Positions 37,192 to 46,749 are shown, numbered from the stretch's first letter. The stretch is DNA of 64,000 bases from an uncultured Actinomycetes bacterium (GCA_963742875.1 CAVUNO010000007.1:65116-129115); one strand, 5' to 3'. The notes: a model not told the origin generated them from the letters alone. Program-made: numbers and translations.

Positions 37192-37615
37192 GGAGATAGT
37201 CGGCCAGCTCGGCCAGCTCCTTGCGCCAGCCCTCGACGTTGCCGTGATAGGCGGTGCCGAGCAGCTCGTCGGGCACCTGCGCGAACCCGGACTCCACCAC
37301 GGTCAGCCGTGTCCCCCCGCCGCTCGGGACGAGGGTGAACTCGACGTGGGTGCGGCGCGGATCGGTGGCGGGCAGCCCCTGGATCCCCCACGTCCAGGCG
37401 AACCTGACCGGCGGCTCCACGACGGAGATCGTCAGCGTCGCTTTGTGATCCCCATCATCCCACTCGACATATGCTGTGCCGCCCGGGCGCAGGTCGACGG
37501 TGGCGCGATTCCCGAACCAGCCGCCGAGTCCTTCTGCGCTGGTCAGCGCCTCCCACACCCGCTGCGGCGGCTGGGCGAGATCGATGGTGCGCTCGATGCG
37601 ATCCGGGATAGGCAT
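37178..37615 (-). CDS. SRPBCC/Aha1-domain protein
   Basis: IERTIDLAQPPQRVWEALTSAEGLGGWFG...FAWTW...TRLTVVESGF. GGAGG lies upstream of the ATG at 37615. It overlaps the downstream ArsR gene by 14 nt. Confidence 0.85.
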   Translation of the reverse strand: MPIPDRIERTIDLAQPPQRVWEALTSAEGLGGWFGNRATVDLRPGGTAYVEWDDGDHKATLTISVVEPPVRFAWTWGIQGLPATDPRRTHVEFTLVPSGGGTRLTVVESGFAQVPDELLGTAYHGNVEGWRKELAELADYLHAAA

Positions 37616-37767
37616 GAGAGAACCTCCGCGTGTAGCAACCATTCGATTGCGATAATCTATAGCAACCCGGTGGTTGCGTCAAGCGGCCTGAGCGGCCCTG
37701 CTCATTGACCCGGCCCGGCCGGCCGCGATACTCGGTGACATGGCATGCCCGCATGGCGGCCGCCCGG

Positions 37768-39627
37768 TCAGCGCTTGGCGAAGAAGTCGCGGATGTTGGC
37801 GACCAGCAGGACGAGGGCCGCCAGGGCGAGCAGGCCGGCGACCACCACGCGCCAGTTGCCGACGGCCGCCAGGACCGCCACCCAGGCCACCACGCCGATG
37901 GCGGCAGCCGCGAGGATCGCGAGGGCGAATCGCACGAGATGACCCCGGGCAAAGGCCTCCAGGCAGAGCATGCCCATCGCCAGGACAGCCAGCGCCGGCA
38001 GCAGCGCCCCGCCGTGGCCCAGGACGATCACGGCGAGCCCGGCCATGAGGAACGAGGCCGAGACGGTGGACCACGTTTGCAGGACCCGCTTGCGGGTGCG
38101 GATCGGGTCGACGTTGGGCAGAGCCCGGTGCCGCAGATGCGCGTGCGGGTCCTCAGGCGGAAGGCCGAGCTGAGAGGCGCGCGCCAGCGCCTCCCGTTCC
38201 GCAGCCAGTACCCGGCGGCGCTGGCGCAGCTGCCCGGCGGAGGTCTCCAGCCTGGCCAGGGTGGCGGGGTCGGTCCGCATTCCGGCGTCCCGCAGGGCCC
38301 GGCTCCCGGCCTGGGCGCCGCGCAGCCTGTCGCCCAGGCCGTCGAGCTCCTTCCCCGCGGCGGCGATCTGATCGTCCAGCTCGGTCATGCGTGCCGCGAC
38401 GGCTTCCTGCTCCGCCTTGGCCGAGGGTGCCACCTTGTCCAGGCCTGCCCATCCCACCGGATCGGACCAGGAGAGGCGCACCGAGCCGGCCCGCTCGTAA
38501 CGTGGCCCGGCGGGGGCGCGCTCGCCGCCGAACGGATCACCGGTGTCCAGGCCCCACAGTCCCCGGTAATCGCGCAGCCACGGCGTCGTATCGTCGGCGA
38601 GCACCGGACTCCATTCCCGCTCCTCACCGGGGCCCACGGCCGGGCCGTCCCCCCGGCGGTAATCGATGAACGGGATGCCGAACGCGGTGCCCTGGTGTTC
38701 GCGGGCCCACGGCAGGAGCAACCGGGTCAGCCGCCGCGCCGCCGCGAACAGGCGCCGGAGCACCGGCGGCTCGACGGTGACCAGGTAGTCCCCGGGCAGG
38801 TAGGCCCCCGAGTGCGAACCGGCGCCCGCGAAGACCACCGGGTGGGTATCCCGCCACTCGATGTCGGGGTCGTCCTGCCTGCGGCGCAGGTCATCGCCGG
38901 TCTCGTCGTGGGAGGAGAAGGCGACCCAGGCCGGCCGGGCGGCCAGGTCCGGCGGATCCGGCAGGAAGACGGTGACCTGCTCCCAGTCCGCCTCGTGATC
39001 GTTGACGCCGCCGAACGTCGACCGCCAGTCGTTCATCGCGTAGAGGAACCAGTACTGCAGCGCGATGAAACCGCGATCCCTGGTGACGTGACCGTAGTAA
39101 GGATAGGTGCCGGAGCCGGCGCGGGCGCGGTAAGCCTGTTCGGCGGCGGCCGCCGTGCCGCCGGGAACGCGCCCGCGGACCAGCAGCGACAGCCGGATCA
39201 GCGCGTCAATCAGCCGGCCCGCCAGCCCGACCACGGCGAACCGGCTGCCCGCCTGAGCGAGCCGTTCTCGTCCCGGCTCACGTCGCCACGCACGGTACTC
39301 ACGCCAGGTGAGGGGACGCTCCACGAAGCGTAGCGAGAGGCCGCCGGCGCGGGTTGCGGTCCCCGCCTGCGCCAGCCGCGCTGGGGTCAGCTCCCCCGGC
39401 CCGCAGAGCCGCTCGCCGGTCGCCCGCCGCCGCGGAAAGCGCGCGGGGCGGGCCGACCGCCACAGCGAGCACGTGGCCAGGTAGTCCGGTACCGCCATCG
39501 GCAGGAAAAGCTCACCCCGGGTGAAGCGCAGTACCGGCTCGTAGCGCCGCAGCAGCCGGAGATCCTCGGCCGCGCCATCGGCGGCGGCCGCAATCCCCTC
39601 GTCTCCGAACAGGTAGTTCGCAGCCAT
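37768..39627 (-). CDS. large hypothetical membrane protein: Vps62/DUF946-like N-terminal region, coiled coil, C-terminal TM bundle
   Basis: ATG at 39627 (MAANYLFGDEG). Contains YPYYGHVTRDRGFIALQYWFLYAMNDW...GVNDHEADWEQVTVFL...HPVVFAGAGSHSGAYLPGDY, then a Glu/Ala/Arg-rich coiled coil, then about 4 hydrophobic helices. Confidence 0.6.
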   Translation of the reverse strand: MAANYLFGDEGIAAAADGAAEDLRLLRRYEPVLRFTRGELFLPMAVPDYLATCSLWRSARPARFPRRRATGERLCGPGELTPARLAQAGTATRAGGLSLRFVERPLTWREYRAWRREPGRERLAQAGSRFAVVGLAGRLIDALIRLSLLVRGRVPGGTAAAAEQAYRARAGSGTYPYYGHVTRDRGFIALQYWFLYAMNDWRSTFGGVNDHEADWEQVTVFLPDPPDLAARPAWVAFSSHDETGDDLRRRQDDPDIEWRDTHPVVFAGAGSHSGAYLPGDYLVTVEPPVLRRLFAAARRLTRLLLPWAREHQGTAFGIPFIDYRRGDGPAVGPGEEREWSPVLADDTTPWLRDYRGLWGLDTGDPFGGERAPAGPRYERAGSVRLSWSDPVGWAGLDKVAPSAKAEQEAVAARMTELDDQIAAAGKELDGLGDRLRGAQAGSRALRDAGMRTDPATLARLETSAGQLRQRRRVLAAEREALARASQLGLPPEDPHAHLRHRALPNVDPIRTRKRVLQTWSTVSASFLMAGLAVIVLGHGGALLPALAVLAMGMLCLEAFARGHLVRFALAILAAAAIGVVAWVAVLAAVGNWRVVVAGLLALAALVLLVANIRDFFAKR

Positions 39628-39879
39628 CGCGCCCCGCACTACGTTCCAGCCAGCCGCAGGCCACCCGCCAGGGCATCGGTCATCACAAACCCCTGGGCGG
39701 GAACCCGGCCCGGCGGTCGGCAGTGACGTCCGCCGCCCGCGTTCGCCAGCGTAATGGCTTCCGCGGTGAATCTCCCGTCCGGCCGTCCCGGCACCGGACG
39801 GCGGCAGTCTCCAGCGTGGTGAAACCCCAGTCGATCGCCGGACAAGCACGTCGCGGAGATCACGTGCCTGCGCAGCCGG

Positions 39880-40283
39880 AGCCGGTGCGCACCCGGGCAC
39901 CGGGTGTTGAGCGGCGCGGTCATCGCCCTGGTCCGGTGAGAACGGATCGGGCAAGACCACACTGGCCAAGCTGCTGGCCGGCCTCTACGAGCCGTGCAGC
40001 GGCGAGATCACCTGGGACGGGCGGTCCCTGGCCGACGTGGATCGCGAGCAGCTACGCGAGCGGATCGCGGTAATCATGCAGGATTACACGCGCTGGCCGA
40101 TGACCGCCCTGGAGAACATCACGATGGGCCGCCCGCGCGACGACCGCCTGCTGGCCACAGCGACAGCCGCCGCGGGCACCGACCGGGCCATCGAGACATT
40201 GCCCGCTGATGGCCGCCGGAGGGCTCTACGCCGACCTGTACACGCTGCAGGCCTCGGCCTACGACACGGTCCGGCCGGCCTGA
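39880..40283 (+). pseudogene. ABC-transporter ATPase relic (Walker A region fused to the extreme C-terminus)
   Basis: LSGAVIALV/GENGSGKTTLAKLLAGLYEP...ERIAVIMQDYTRWPMTALENI, with a 1-nt shift at 39933-39934. The frame then jumps to GLYADLYTLQASAYDTVRPA*. The signature motif, Walker B and TMD are absent. Confidence 0.6.
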
Positions 40284-40370
40284 TCCACCTTTGGGCCGTT
40301 TGCCAGCAACGGCCTGCCCTCCGCCCAGGCGGGGCAAAGCTCAGGCGGGACGCCGGCCTCTCCCGAGACG

Positions 40371-41216
40371 GTGGCAGAGTATTGGCATGAGCCAACAGAC
40401 GACGCGCGCCAGCCGACCGTTCTCCCTGCGGGGCAGCCGGTGAACGGCGGTGTGCTGGGGCGGTTCGAGCTGACGGGACGGCGGGCGGTGGTGACCGGGG
40501 CGAGCCGGGGGCTGGGGCGGGCGTTCGCGACCGCGCTGGGCCAGGCAGGCGCCGACGTCGCCGCCGTCGCCCGCGGCAAGCAGGAAGTCACCGAGGCCGC
40601 CCGGGAGATCTCCGCGAGCACGGGGCGCCGGGTCGTGGCCATCGCGGCCGACGTGACGGTGCGCGCCGACGTGGAGCGGATGATCGCCGAGACGGCCCGC
40701 CAGCTCGGCAGCGTGGACATCCTGGTCAACAACGCCGGTATCTGCTTCCACCGGCCGGCGCTGGAGGTGCCCGACAGCGAGTGGGACGCGGTCTTCGACA
40801 CCAACGTGTACGGTGTGTGGGCCGCGAGCACGGCGGCCGCGCGGGTGATGGCGGCGGCGGGCGGCGGGGTCATCATCAACATCGGGTCGATCTCGTCGAT
40901 CATCGTCAACCGTCCGCAATGGCAGCCCGCGTACAACGCCTCCAAGGCCGCCGTGCACCAGCTGACCAGGTCCCTGGCCGCTGAGTGGGCCCCGCACAAC
41001 ATCCGGGTCAATGCGCTCGCGCCCGGCTACGTCAAGACCGAGATCGCGCCGGTCGACCAGCCGGAATTCCGGCAGCACTGGATCGAGGACGTTCCCATGC
41101 AGCGCTACGCGACGCCCGAGGAGATCGCGCCGAGCGTCGTCTACCTGGCCAGTGACGCGAGCTCGTTCATGACCGGCTCGGTGCTCGTGCTCGACGGCGG
41201 CTACACCATCTACTGA
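40371..41216 (+). CDS. SDR-family oxidoreductase (FabG-like)
   Basis: VVTGASRGLGRAFA...NNAG...YNASKAAVHQLTRSLA are the classical SDR motifs. Confidence 0.85.
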   Translation: MAEYWHEPTDDARQPTVLPAGQPVNGGVLGRFELTGRRAVVTGASRGLGRAFATALGQAGADVAAVARGKQEVTEAAREISASTGRRVVAIAADVTVRADVERMIAETARQLGSVDILVNNAGICFHRPALEVPDSEWDAVFDTNVYGVWAASTAAARVMAAAGGGVIINIGSISSIIVNRPQWQPAYNASKAAVHQLTRSLAAEWAPHNIRVNALAPGYVKTEIAPVDQPEFRQHWIEDVPMQRYATPEEIAPSVVYLASDASSFMTGSVLVLDGGYTIY

Positions 41217-41503
41217 CGCACCCGGTTTCCACGGTTGCGCCATGATTGCCTGACGGAGCCGAACGTCTCGATCCACTCCCGCTGGTAGGTGTGCCAGGAG
41301 TAGGACAGCCGCCGGTACGGCTCGGACTCCAGCACCACCTGGCCCAGGTCGCGAACTTCCGCGCCCATGTCCCACTTCACCGGCGCGCCGACCTGCGGGC
41401 CGCCTTTCCAGCGAAGATGCTTCGTGAACTTCTGGCTGGTTATCCTGCCGGCTGGGGCATCACGTTGCTGCTCGGGGACCGCCCGGGCGCATCGGCCGGA
41501 CAA
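41210..41503 (-). pseudogene. SRPBCC/Aha1-like internal fragment
   Basis: GAPVKWDMGAEVRDLGQVVLESEPYRRLSYSWHTYQREWIETFG is family-like. Both flanks are junk. Confidence 0.4.
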
Positions 41504-41601
41504 GAGGTGGTGACCGCACCACGGACGAGGAACCGCTGGCCCTCGAGGCGCTGGAGCGGGATCCGCATCCGCTGCTGGCGCGCCTGCGCGGGCGAACCCC
41601 G

Positions 41602-42732
41602 GTGGCGTGGGTGCCGGCGCTCGGCGGGTGGCTGGTCACCAGCTACGCGACGGCCGTCGCGGTGATGCGTGATTCGCGGGTCTTCACCGTCGACGATCCC
41701 CGGTTCTCCACGGCGCGGGTGGTCGGGCCGAGCATGCTCTCGCTCGACGGCGGCCCGCATGCGCGGCACCGGGCCCCGTTCTTCAGTGCGTTCCATCGCG
41801 GCGGCGCCGCCGCCCGGCTCGGGGCATACGCGCAGCGGGAAGCAGCGCGCCTGGTCGCCGCGATCCGCCCGGACGGGGCGGCCGAGCTCCGGGACACCGT
41901 CACCGGGCCGCTCGCCGTGTCCGTGCTGGCCAAGTCGCTGGGCCTGGGGCATCTGGCGCCGAAGGAGATCCTGTCCGGCTACGCCCGGATCGTCGGCGGC
42001 GTCACCGGCCTGTCCGGGGACCAGAGCGCCGCGAACGGCGCACCGGGCCCGGACGCCTTGGCCGCGTTCGCCGCACTGGCCGCGGACCTGCGTGCCGCGA
42101 TCGAAAAGGGCAGCGGCGGGGGACGGCCAGGCGCCTGCCGTACCCGGAGCGCGCCGGAGAGCCGGACCGTGCTGGCGGACGCGGCGCAGTCGGGTGACCT
42201 AAGCACCGGCGAAGCCATCTCCGACGCCGCCGTAGTCATGTTCGGCGGCATCGACACCACCGACGGGATGATCGCGAACGCGGTCCTGCACCTGCTCAGC
42301 GACCCGGGCCAGCTCGAACTGGTCCGGGTCGACCCGCGCCTGGTACTGGCCGCGATCGAGGAGTCGCTGCGGCTGGAGCCGGCCGCCGCCCTGCTGGACC
42401 GCTACGCGACCCGGGACGCCGCGATCGGCGGCGCGGAGATCAGGGCCGGGGACCGGGTGAGCATCTCGCTGGCCGCCGCCAACCGGGACCCGGCGGTGTT
42501 CCGCGACCCGGACCGCTTCGACATCTTCCGCTCCAACGCCGGGCGCCACCTGGCGTTCGCGCACGGCCCGCACTTCTGCATCGGCGCCACCCTGGCCCGC
42601 GCCGAAACGCACGCGGCCCTGGACGCCCTGCTGGCCCTCCCCCGGCTGCGCCTGGACCCGGGCCGTCCGGCTGCCCCGCGGGGCCTGATTTTCCGCAAGC
42701 CCCCGGCCCTGCACGTCACCTGGGACCCCTGA
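41602..42732 (+). CDS. cytochrome P450
   Basis: Heme loop FAHGPHFCIGATLA and I-helix MFGGIDTT. Family similarity extends upstream (TDEEPLALEALERDPHPLLARLRGRTP) to about 41520 without an in-frame start. A GTG at 41507 is in another frame. Confidence 0.85.
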   Translation: MAWVPALGGWLVTSYATAVAVMRDSRVFTVDDPRFSTARVVGPSMLSLDGGPHARHRAPFFSAFHRGGAAARLGAYAQREAARLVAAIRPDGAAELRDTVTGPLAVSVLAKSLGLGHLAPKEILSGYARIVGGVTGLSGDQSAANGAPGPDALAAFAALAADLRAAIEKGSGGGRPGACRTRSAPESRTVLADAAQSGDLSTGEAISDAAVVMFGGIDTTDGMIANAVLHLLSDPGQLELVRVDPRLVLAAIEESLRLEPAAALLDRYATRDAAIGGAEIRAGDRVSISLAAANRDPAVFRDPDRFDIFRSNAGRHLAFAHGPHFCIGATLARAETHAALDALLALPRLRLDPGRPAAPRGLIFRKPPALHVTWDP

Positions 42733-42816
42733 CCGACGGCTCCGTACCTGCACGGTGGGGGCACCGTGCGCGCGGCCGCGCTCGCACGGCCGGGCGCGCT
42801 CAGTAAGCTCAGGCCC

Positions 42817-45030
42817 ATGAGTGCCGAGCCGACCACGAGCCAGCCGCTGGCGCCCCCTGTCGCCAGGCAGGTGCCGTCCGTCCGCACCTTCCACGGGGAC
42901 CGCGTCACCGACCCCTACGCCTGGCTGGCCGCCAAGGATGAGCCGGACACGATCGCGTTCCTGGAGGCCGAAAACGCCTATACCGAGGCGCTGACCGCCG
43001 GTGATGAGGGCCTGCGCGAGACGATCTTCGGCGAGATCAAGGGGCGGACGCAGGAGACCGACCTGTCGGTGCCGGTCCGCAAGGGTGCCTGGTGGTACTA
43101 CCACCGGACGGTGCAGGGCCAGCAGTACGGGCTGCAATGCCGTTGCCCGGCCCGCCCGGGCGACGACACGCCTCCCCTTGCCAATAGTGAGCGGCAAGGC
43201 GAGGGCCAGCCGCTGGACGGCGAGGAAGTCCCGCACGGCCAGGAAGTCCCGCACGGCGAGGAAGTGATGCTGGACGCCAACGCCCTGGCCGGGGATTCGG
43301 GTTTCTTCTCGCTCGGGGCGTTCAGTGTCAGCCCGGACGCGCGGCGGCTGGCGTTCTCGACCGACTTCTCCGGCGACGAGCGCTTCACGCTGCGGATCAA
43401 GGACCTGCGGACCGGGCAGGCGCTGCCCGACGAGATCCCGGACACCTTCTACGGATGCGCGTGGTCGCTGGACGGCTCGGTGCTGTTCTACGTCACGGTC
43501 GACGACGCGTGGCGGCCGTGGCGGGTGTGGCGGCACACGGTCGGGACGCCGCACACCGACGACGTGGTGATCTTCGAGGAAGCCGATGAGCGGTTCTGGG
43601 TCGGCGTCGGGCTGACCCGCAGCGAGCGCTTCCTGTCCGTGTCGTCCTCCAGCAAGGTGACCAGCGAGGTGTGGCTGCTGGACGCGGCCGCCCCGGAGGG
43701 GGAGCTGACCGTCGTCGCGCCGCGCCGCCAGGGCGTCGAGTATCAGGTGGCCCACCAGGCGCGCGCGGACGGCACCGAGCGGCTGCTCATCCTGCACAAC
43801 GACGGGGCGCAGAACTTCGAACTGGCGACGGCCCCCGTCGGGCGGCCCGCCGAGTGGGCGCCGCTGGTTCCCGGCCGGGCCGACACCCGCCTGCTGGGCG
43901 TGGACGCCTTCACCGGCTACCTGGTCGTGCACTACCGCCGGGACGGCCTCACCGGGCTGCGGATCATCCGGGCCGACGACAGCGAGCACGACGTCGCCTT
44001 CCCCGAGCCCGTCTACACCGTCGGCCCGGGCGGGAACCCCGAGCCGGCCTCCTCGCTGTACCGGCTGCATTATGCGTCGCTGGTGACCCCGGACTCGGTC
44101 TACGACTGTGACATGGCCACCGGTGACCTGCTGCTGCGCCGCCGTACGCCGGTGCGGCCGCTGCCGGGCCCGGGCGGCCCCCGCCAATACGACCCGGCCC
44201 AGTACGAGCAGTACCGCGAGTGGGCCACCGCGCCGGACGGCACCCGGGTTCCCATCTCGCTGGTGTGCCGCCGCGGCACGCCGCGGGACGGCTCGGCGCC
44301 CTGCGTGCTGTACGGGTACGGCAGCTACGAGATCTCGATGGACCCGCGTTTCTCCATCTCCCGGCTGTCGCTGCTCGACCGCGGTTTCGTGTACGCGATC
44401 GCGCACGTCCGCGGCGGCGGCGAACTCGGCCGCGCCTGGTACGACGAGGGGAAGATGCTGCACAAGGCCAACACGTTCACCGACTTCGTGGCGTCCGCGC
44501 GGCATCTGGCCGGCCACGGGTGGACGTCGCCGGACCGGCTCGTGGCGCGCGGCGGATCGGCCGGCGGCCTGCTGATGGGCGCGGCGGTGAACCTTGCACC
44601 GGACGCGTTCGCCGGAATCGTGGCGCAGGTGCCGTTCGTGGACGCGCTCACCACGATCCTGGACCCGTCGCTGCCGCTCACCGTCACCGAATGGGAGGAG
44701 TGGGGCGACCCGCTGCACGACCCCGCCGTGTACGCGTACATGAAGTCCTACACGCCGTACGAGAACCTCCGCGCCGCCGAATACCCGCCCATCCTGGCCA
44801 TGACCAGCCTGAACGACACCCGGGTGCTGTACCGGGAGCCCGCCAAGTGGATCGCCCGGCTGCAGGCGGACGCGCGCGGCGGACCATTCCTGCTGAAGAC
44901 CGAGATGAACGCGGGGCACGGCGGCCGCAGCGGCCGCTACGACGCCTGGCGGGAGGAGGCGTTCGTGCTCGCCTGGATCATCGCCGTGGCCGGCGTTACC
45001 CCCCAGGGATGGCCGGAAACGGCCCCCTAG
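42817..45030 (+). CDS. ptrB: oligopeptidase B (S9A prolyl-oligopeptidase family)
   Basis: HGDRVTDPYAWL at the N-terminus. Catalytic GGSAGGLLMGA ... DTRVLYREPAKW ... GHGG. Confidence 0.85.
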   Translation: MSAEPTTSQPLAPPVARQVPSVRTFHGDRVTDPYAWLAAKDEPDTIAFLEAENAYTEALTAGDEGLRETIFGEIKGRTQETDLSVPVRKGAWWYYHRTVQGQQYGLQCRCPARPGDDTPPLANSERQGEGQPLDGEEVPHGQEVPHGEEVMLDANALAGDSGFFSLGAFSVSPDARRLAFSTDFSGDERFTLRIKDLRTGQALPDEIPDTFYGCAWSLDGSVLFYVTVDDAWRPWRVWRHTVGTPHTDDVVIFEEADERFWVGVGLTRSERFLSVSSSSKVTSEVWLLDAAAPEGELTVVAPRRQGVEYQVAHQARADGTERLLILHNDGAQNFELATAPVGRPAEWAPLVPGRADTRLLGVDAFTGYLVVHYRRDGLTGLRIIRADDSEHDVAFPEPVYTVGPGGNPEPASSLYRLHYASLVTPDSVYDCDMATGDLLLRRRTPVRPLPGPGGPRQYDPAQYEQYREWATAPDGTRVPISLVCRRGTPRDGSAPCVLYGYGSYEISMDPRFSISRLSLLDRGFVYAIAHVRGGGELGRAWYDEGKMLHKANTFTDFVASARHLAGHGWTSPDRLVARGGSAGGLLMGAAVNLAPDAFAGIVAQVPFVDALTTILDPSLPLTVTEWEEWGDPLHDPAVYAYMKSYTPYENLRAAEYPPILAMTSLNDTRVLYREPAKWIARLQADARGGPFLLKTEMNAGHGGRSGRYDAWREEAFVLAWIIAVAGVTPQGWPETAP
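43222..43266. repeat. 18-bp in-frame tandem duplication, about 2.5 copies, inside ptrB
   Basis: GAGGAAGTCCCGCACGGC, CAGGAAGTCCCGCACGGC, then GAGGAAGTG. It encodes EEVPHG QEVPHG EEV. Confidence 0.9.
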
Positions 45031-45977
45031 GGATGGTCGAAAAGGGCACTGACCGACTCGCCGTCGTGGATCCGGTGGATGGCCTCGGCCAGCGCCGGGG
45101 CCACCGAGATGACGTCCAGCTTCGGGTCGCGCTTGTGCTCGGGGACGGGCACGGTGTTGGTGCAGATGACTTCGGTCACGTCCGGCTGGGCGACCAGCTT
45201 GCCCAGCGCCCCGTCGGCGAACAGCCCGTGCGTGCACGCGATGCTCACCGAGCGCACGTGCTGCTCACGCAGCCGGCGCAGCAGCTCCATCAGCGTGGTG
45301 CCGCGGGCGATCTCGTCGTCCAGGACGATCACGTCGCGCCCGGCCACGTCACCGATGATCGAGCTGATCGTGACGCTGTCGTCGCTGTGCCGCTGCTTGG
45401 CGCCCGCGGCGACCGGCAGGCCCAGCCGGCGGGCGAACGCGGCGGCACTCTTGGCGTACCCGAGGTCCGGCGCCACCACCACCGTGTTGCTCAGGTCGCG
45501 GCCACCGAAGTGCCCGGCCAGCTCGCGGAGCGCGTTCAGGTGGTCGACCGGGACCGAGAAGAAGCCGTGCACCTGCGGGGAGTGCAGCGTCATGGTCAGC
45601 ACCCGGTTGGCGCCCGCGGTCACCAGCAGGTCGGCGACCAGCCGTCCCGCGATGGAGATCCGCGGTTCGTCCTTCTTGTCCGAGCGGGCGTACGCGTAGT
45701 GCGGCATGACGATGGTGACCCGGGCGGCCGAGGCGCCGCGGGCGGCGTCGGCCATCAGCAACAGCTCGACCAGGTTCTCCTGTACCGGCGGGACCAGCGG
45801 CTGGATGAGGAAAACGTCCCGCTCCCGGCAGTTGGCCTGAAGCTGGACCTGCAGGCAGTCGTCGGCGAAGCGCCGGAACCGGACGGGCTCCAAGGGGACA
45901 CCCAGATTCTCGGTGATCTCGGTGGCGAGGAGCGGGTGGGCGCCCCCGCTGAACACGACGATCTCTCGCACTGTCAC
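45027..45977 (-). CDS. ribose-phosphate diphosphokinase-family protein (divergent PRPP synthase paralogue)
   Basis: VVFSGGAHPLLATEI...VTIVMPHYAYARSDKK...VVAPDLGYAK...VIVLDDEIARGTTL. Confidence 0.8.
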   Translation of the reverse strand: MTVREIVVFSGGAHPLLATEITENLGVPLEPVRFRRFADDCLQVQLQANCRERDVFLIQPLVPPVQENLVELLLMADAARGASAARVTIVMPHYAYARSDKKDEPRISIAGRLVADLLVTAGANRVLTMTLHSPQVHGFFSVPVDHLNALRELAGHFGGRDLSNTVVVAPDLGYAKSAAAFARRLGLPVAAGAKQRHSDDSVTISSIIGDVAGRDVIVLDDEIARGTTLMELLRRLREQHVRSVSIACTHGLFADGALGKLVAQPDVTEVICTNTVPVPEHKRDPKLDVISVAPALAEAIHRIHDGESVSALFDHP

Positions 45978-46005
45978 TCCCTCGGTCGTGCGCCGGCCGG
46001 GCCCG

Positions 46006-46749
46006 TCAGGCTGTGCTCTGTTGCTTGTCTGCCGCCTGGCTTCCCACGCCCTTATCGTCGCCCCCCTTTCTGTCCGCTCCGTTGCCGTCGGCTCCGCTGT
46101 CTTCGCCGGGCAGCAGCGGCAGGCCCAGCTTGGCCCGGATTTCCTGCTGGACGACGCGCTTGGGCGCGCGGGCGTCGACCGTTATCACGTACTCCTTGCG
46201 GCGGAACAGGTCAAGCACCGGGTTGGTCTTCTCGTGGAAGTCCTTCAGCCGCACGGCGAGGGCCTCTTCGGTGTCGTCTTCCCTGGTGATCAGGTCGCCC
46301 CCGCAGACGTCACACTTGCCGGGCTCGGTAGGGGTGTTGGCCAGCAGGTTGTAGTCCATGCCGCAGCTGGAGCAGAGCCGGCGGGCGAGGACCCGCCGCC
46401 GCACCTCGCTGTCGGGCAGGTCGAGGTCGATCACCCCGTCGATGTCGTAGCTCTCCAGGAAGAACTCGGCCTGCCGCCGGTTGCGGGGAAAGCCGTCGAT
46501 GAGGAAGCCGTAGTTCCAGTCGTGCTCGGTGAGCCGGCCGCGGACGACCGATTCCGCCATGTCGTCGCCGACCAGCTGGCCCTCGGCCATGATCCGCCGG
46601 ACCTGGGCGCCCATCTTGGTATGGTTCACCACGTTCCAGCGGAAGATGTCGCCCACGCTGATGTGGACGAGATCGAAGTCGCGGGCGAGCAGCTGGCTCT
46701 GCGTGCCCTTCCCGCTGCCCTGCACTCCCATAATCACATATTTTCGCAT
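46006..46749 (-). CDS. adenylate kinase-family protein with Cys4 lid and Gly/Asp-rich C-terminal tail
   Basis: MRKYVIMGVQGSGKGTQSQLLA... and lid CSSCG...CDVCGG. The ORF upstream of the ATG at 46749 is Arg/Ala-rich and rejected. Confidence 0.8.
   Translation of the reverse strand: MRKYVIMGVQGSGKGTQSQLLARDFDLVHISVGDIFRWNVVNHTKMGAQVRRIMAEGQLVGDDMAESVVRGRLTEHDWNYGFLIDGFPRNRRQAEFFLESYDIDGVIDLDLPDSEVRRRVLARRLCSSCGMDYNLLANTPTEPGKCDVCGGDLITREDDTEEALAVRLKDFHEKTNPVLDLFRRKEYVITVDARAPKRVVQQEIRAKLGLPLLPGEDSGADGNGADRKGGDDKGVGSQAADKQQSTA

Noticed and set aside
37705-39333. 542-aa plus-strand ORF
   Set aside because: It is antisense to the Vps62-like membrane protein. Its composition is dominated by Arg/Gly/Pro, and no motif is present.
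42199-45237. 1012-aa ORF on the minus strand, the longest in the track
   Set aside because: It lies entirely antisense to the well-supported oligopeptidase B gene. Its translation is Arg/Gly/Pro/His-rich low complexity with no motif. This is a typical shadow ORF of a GC-rich genome.
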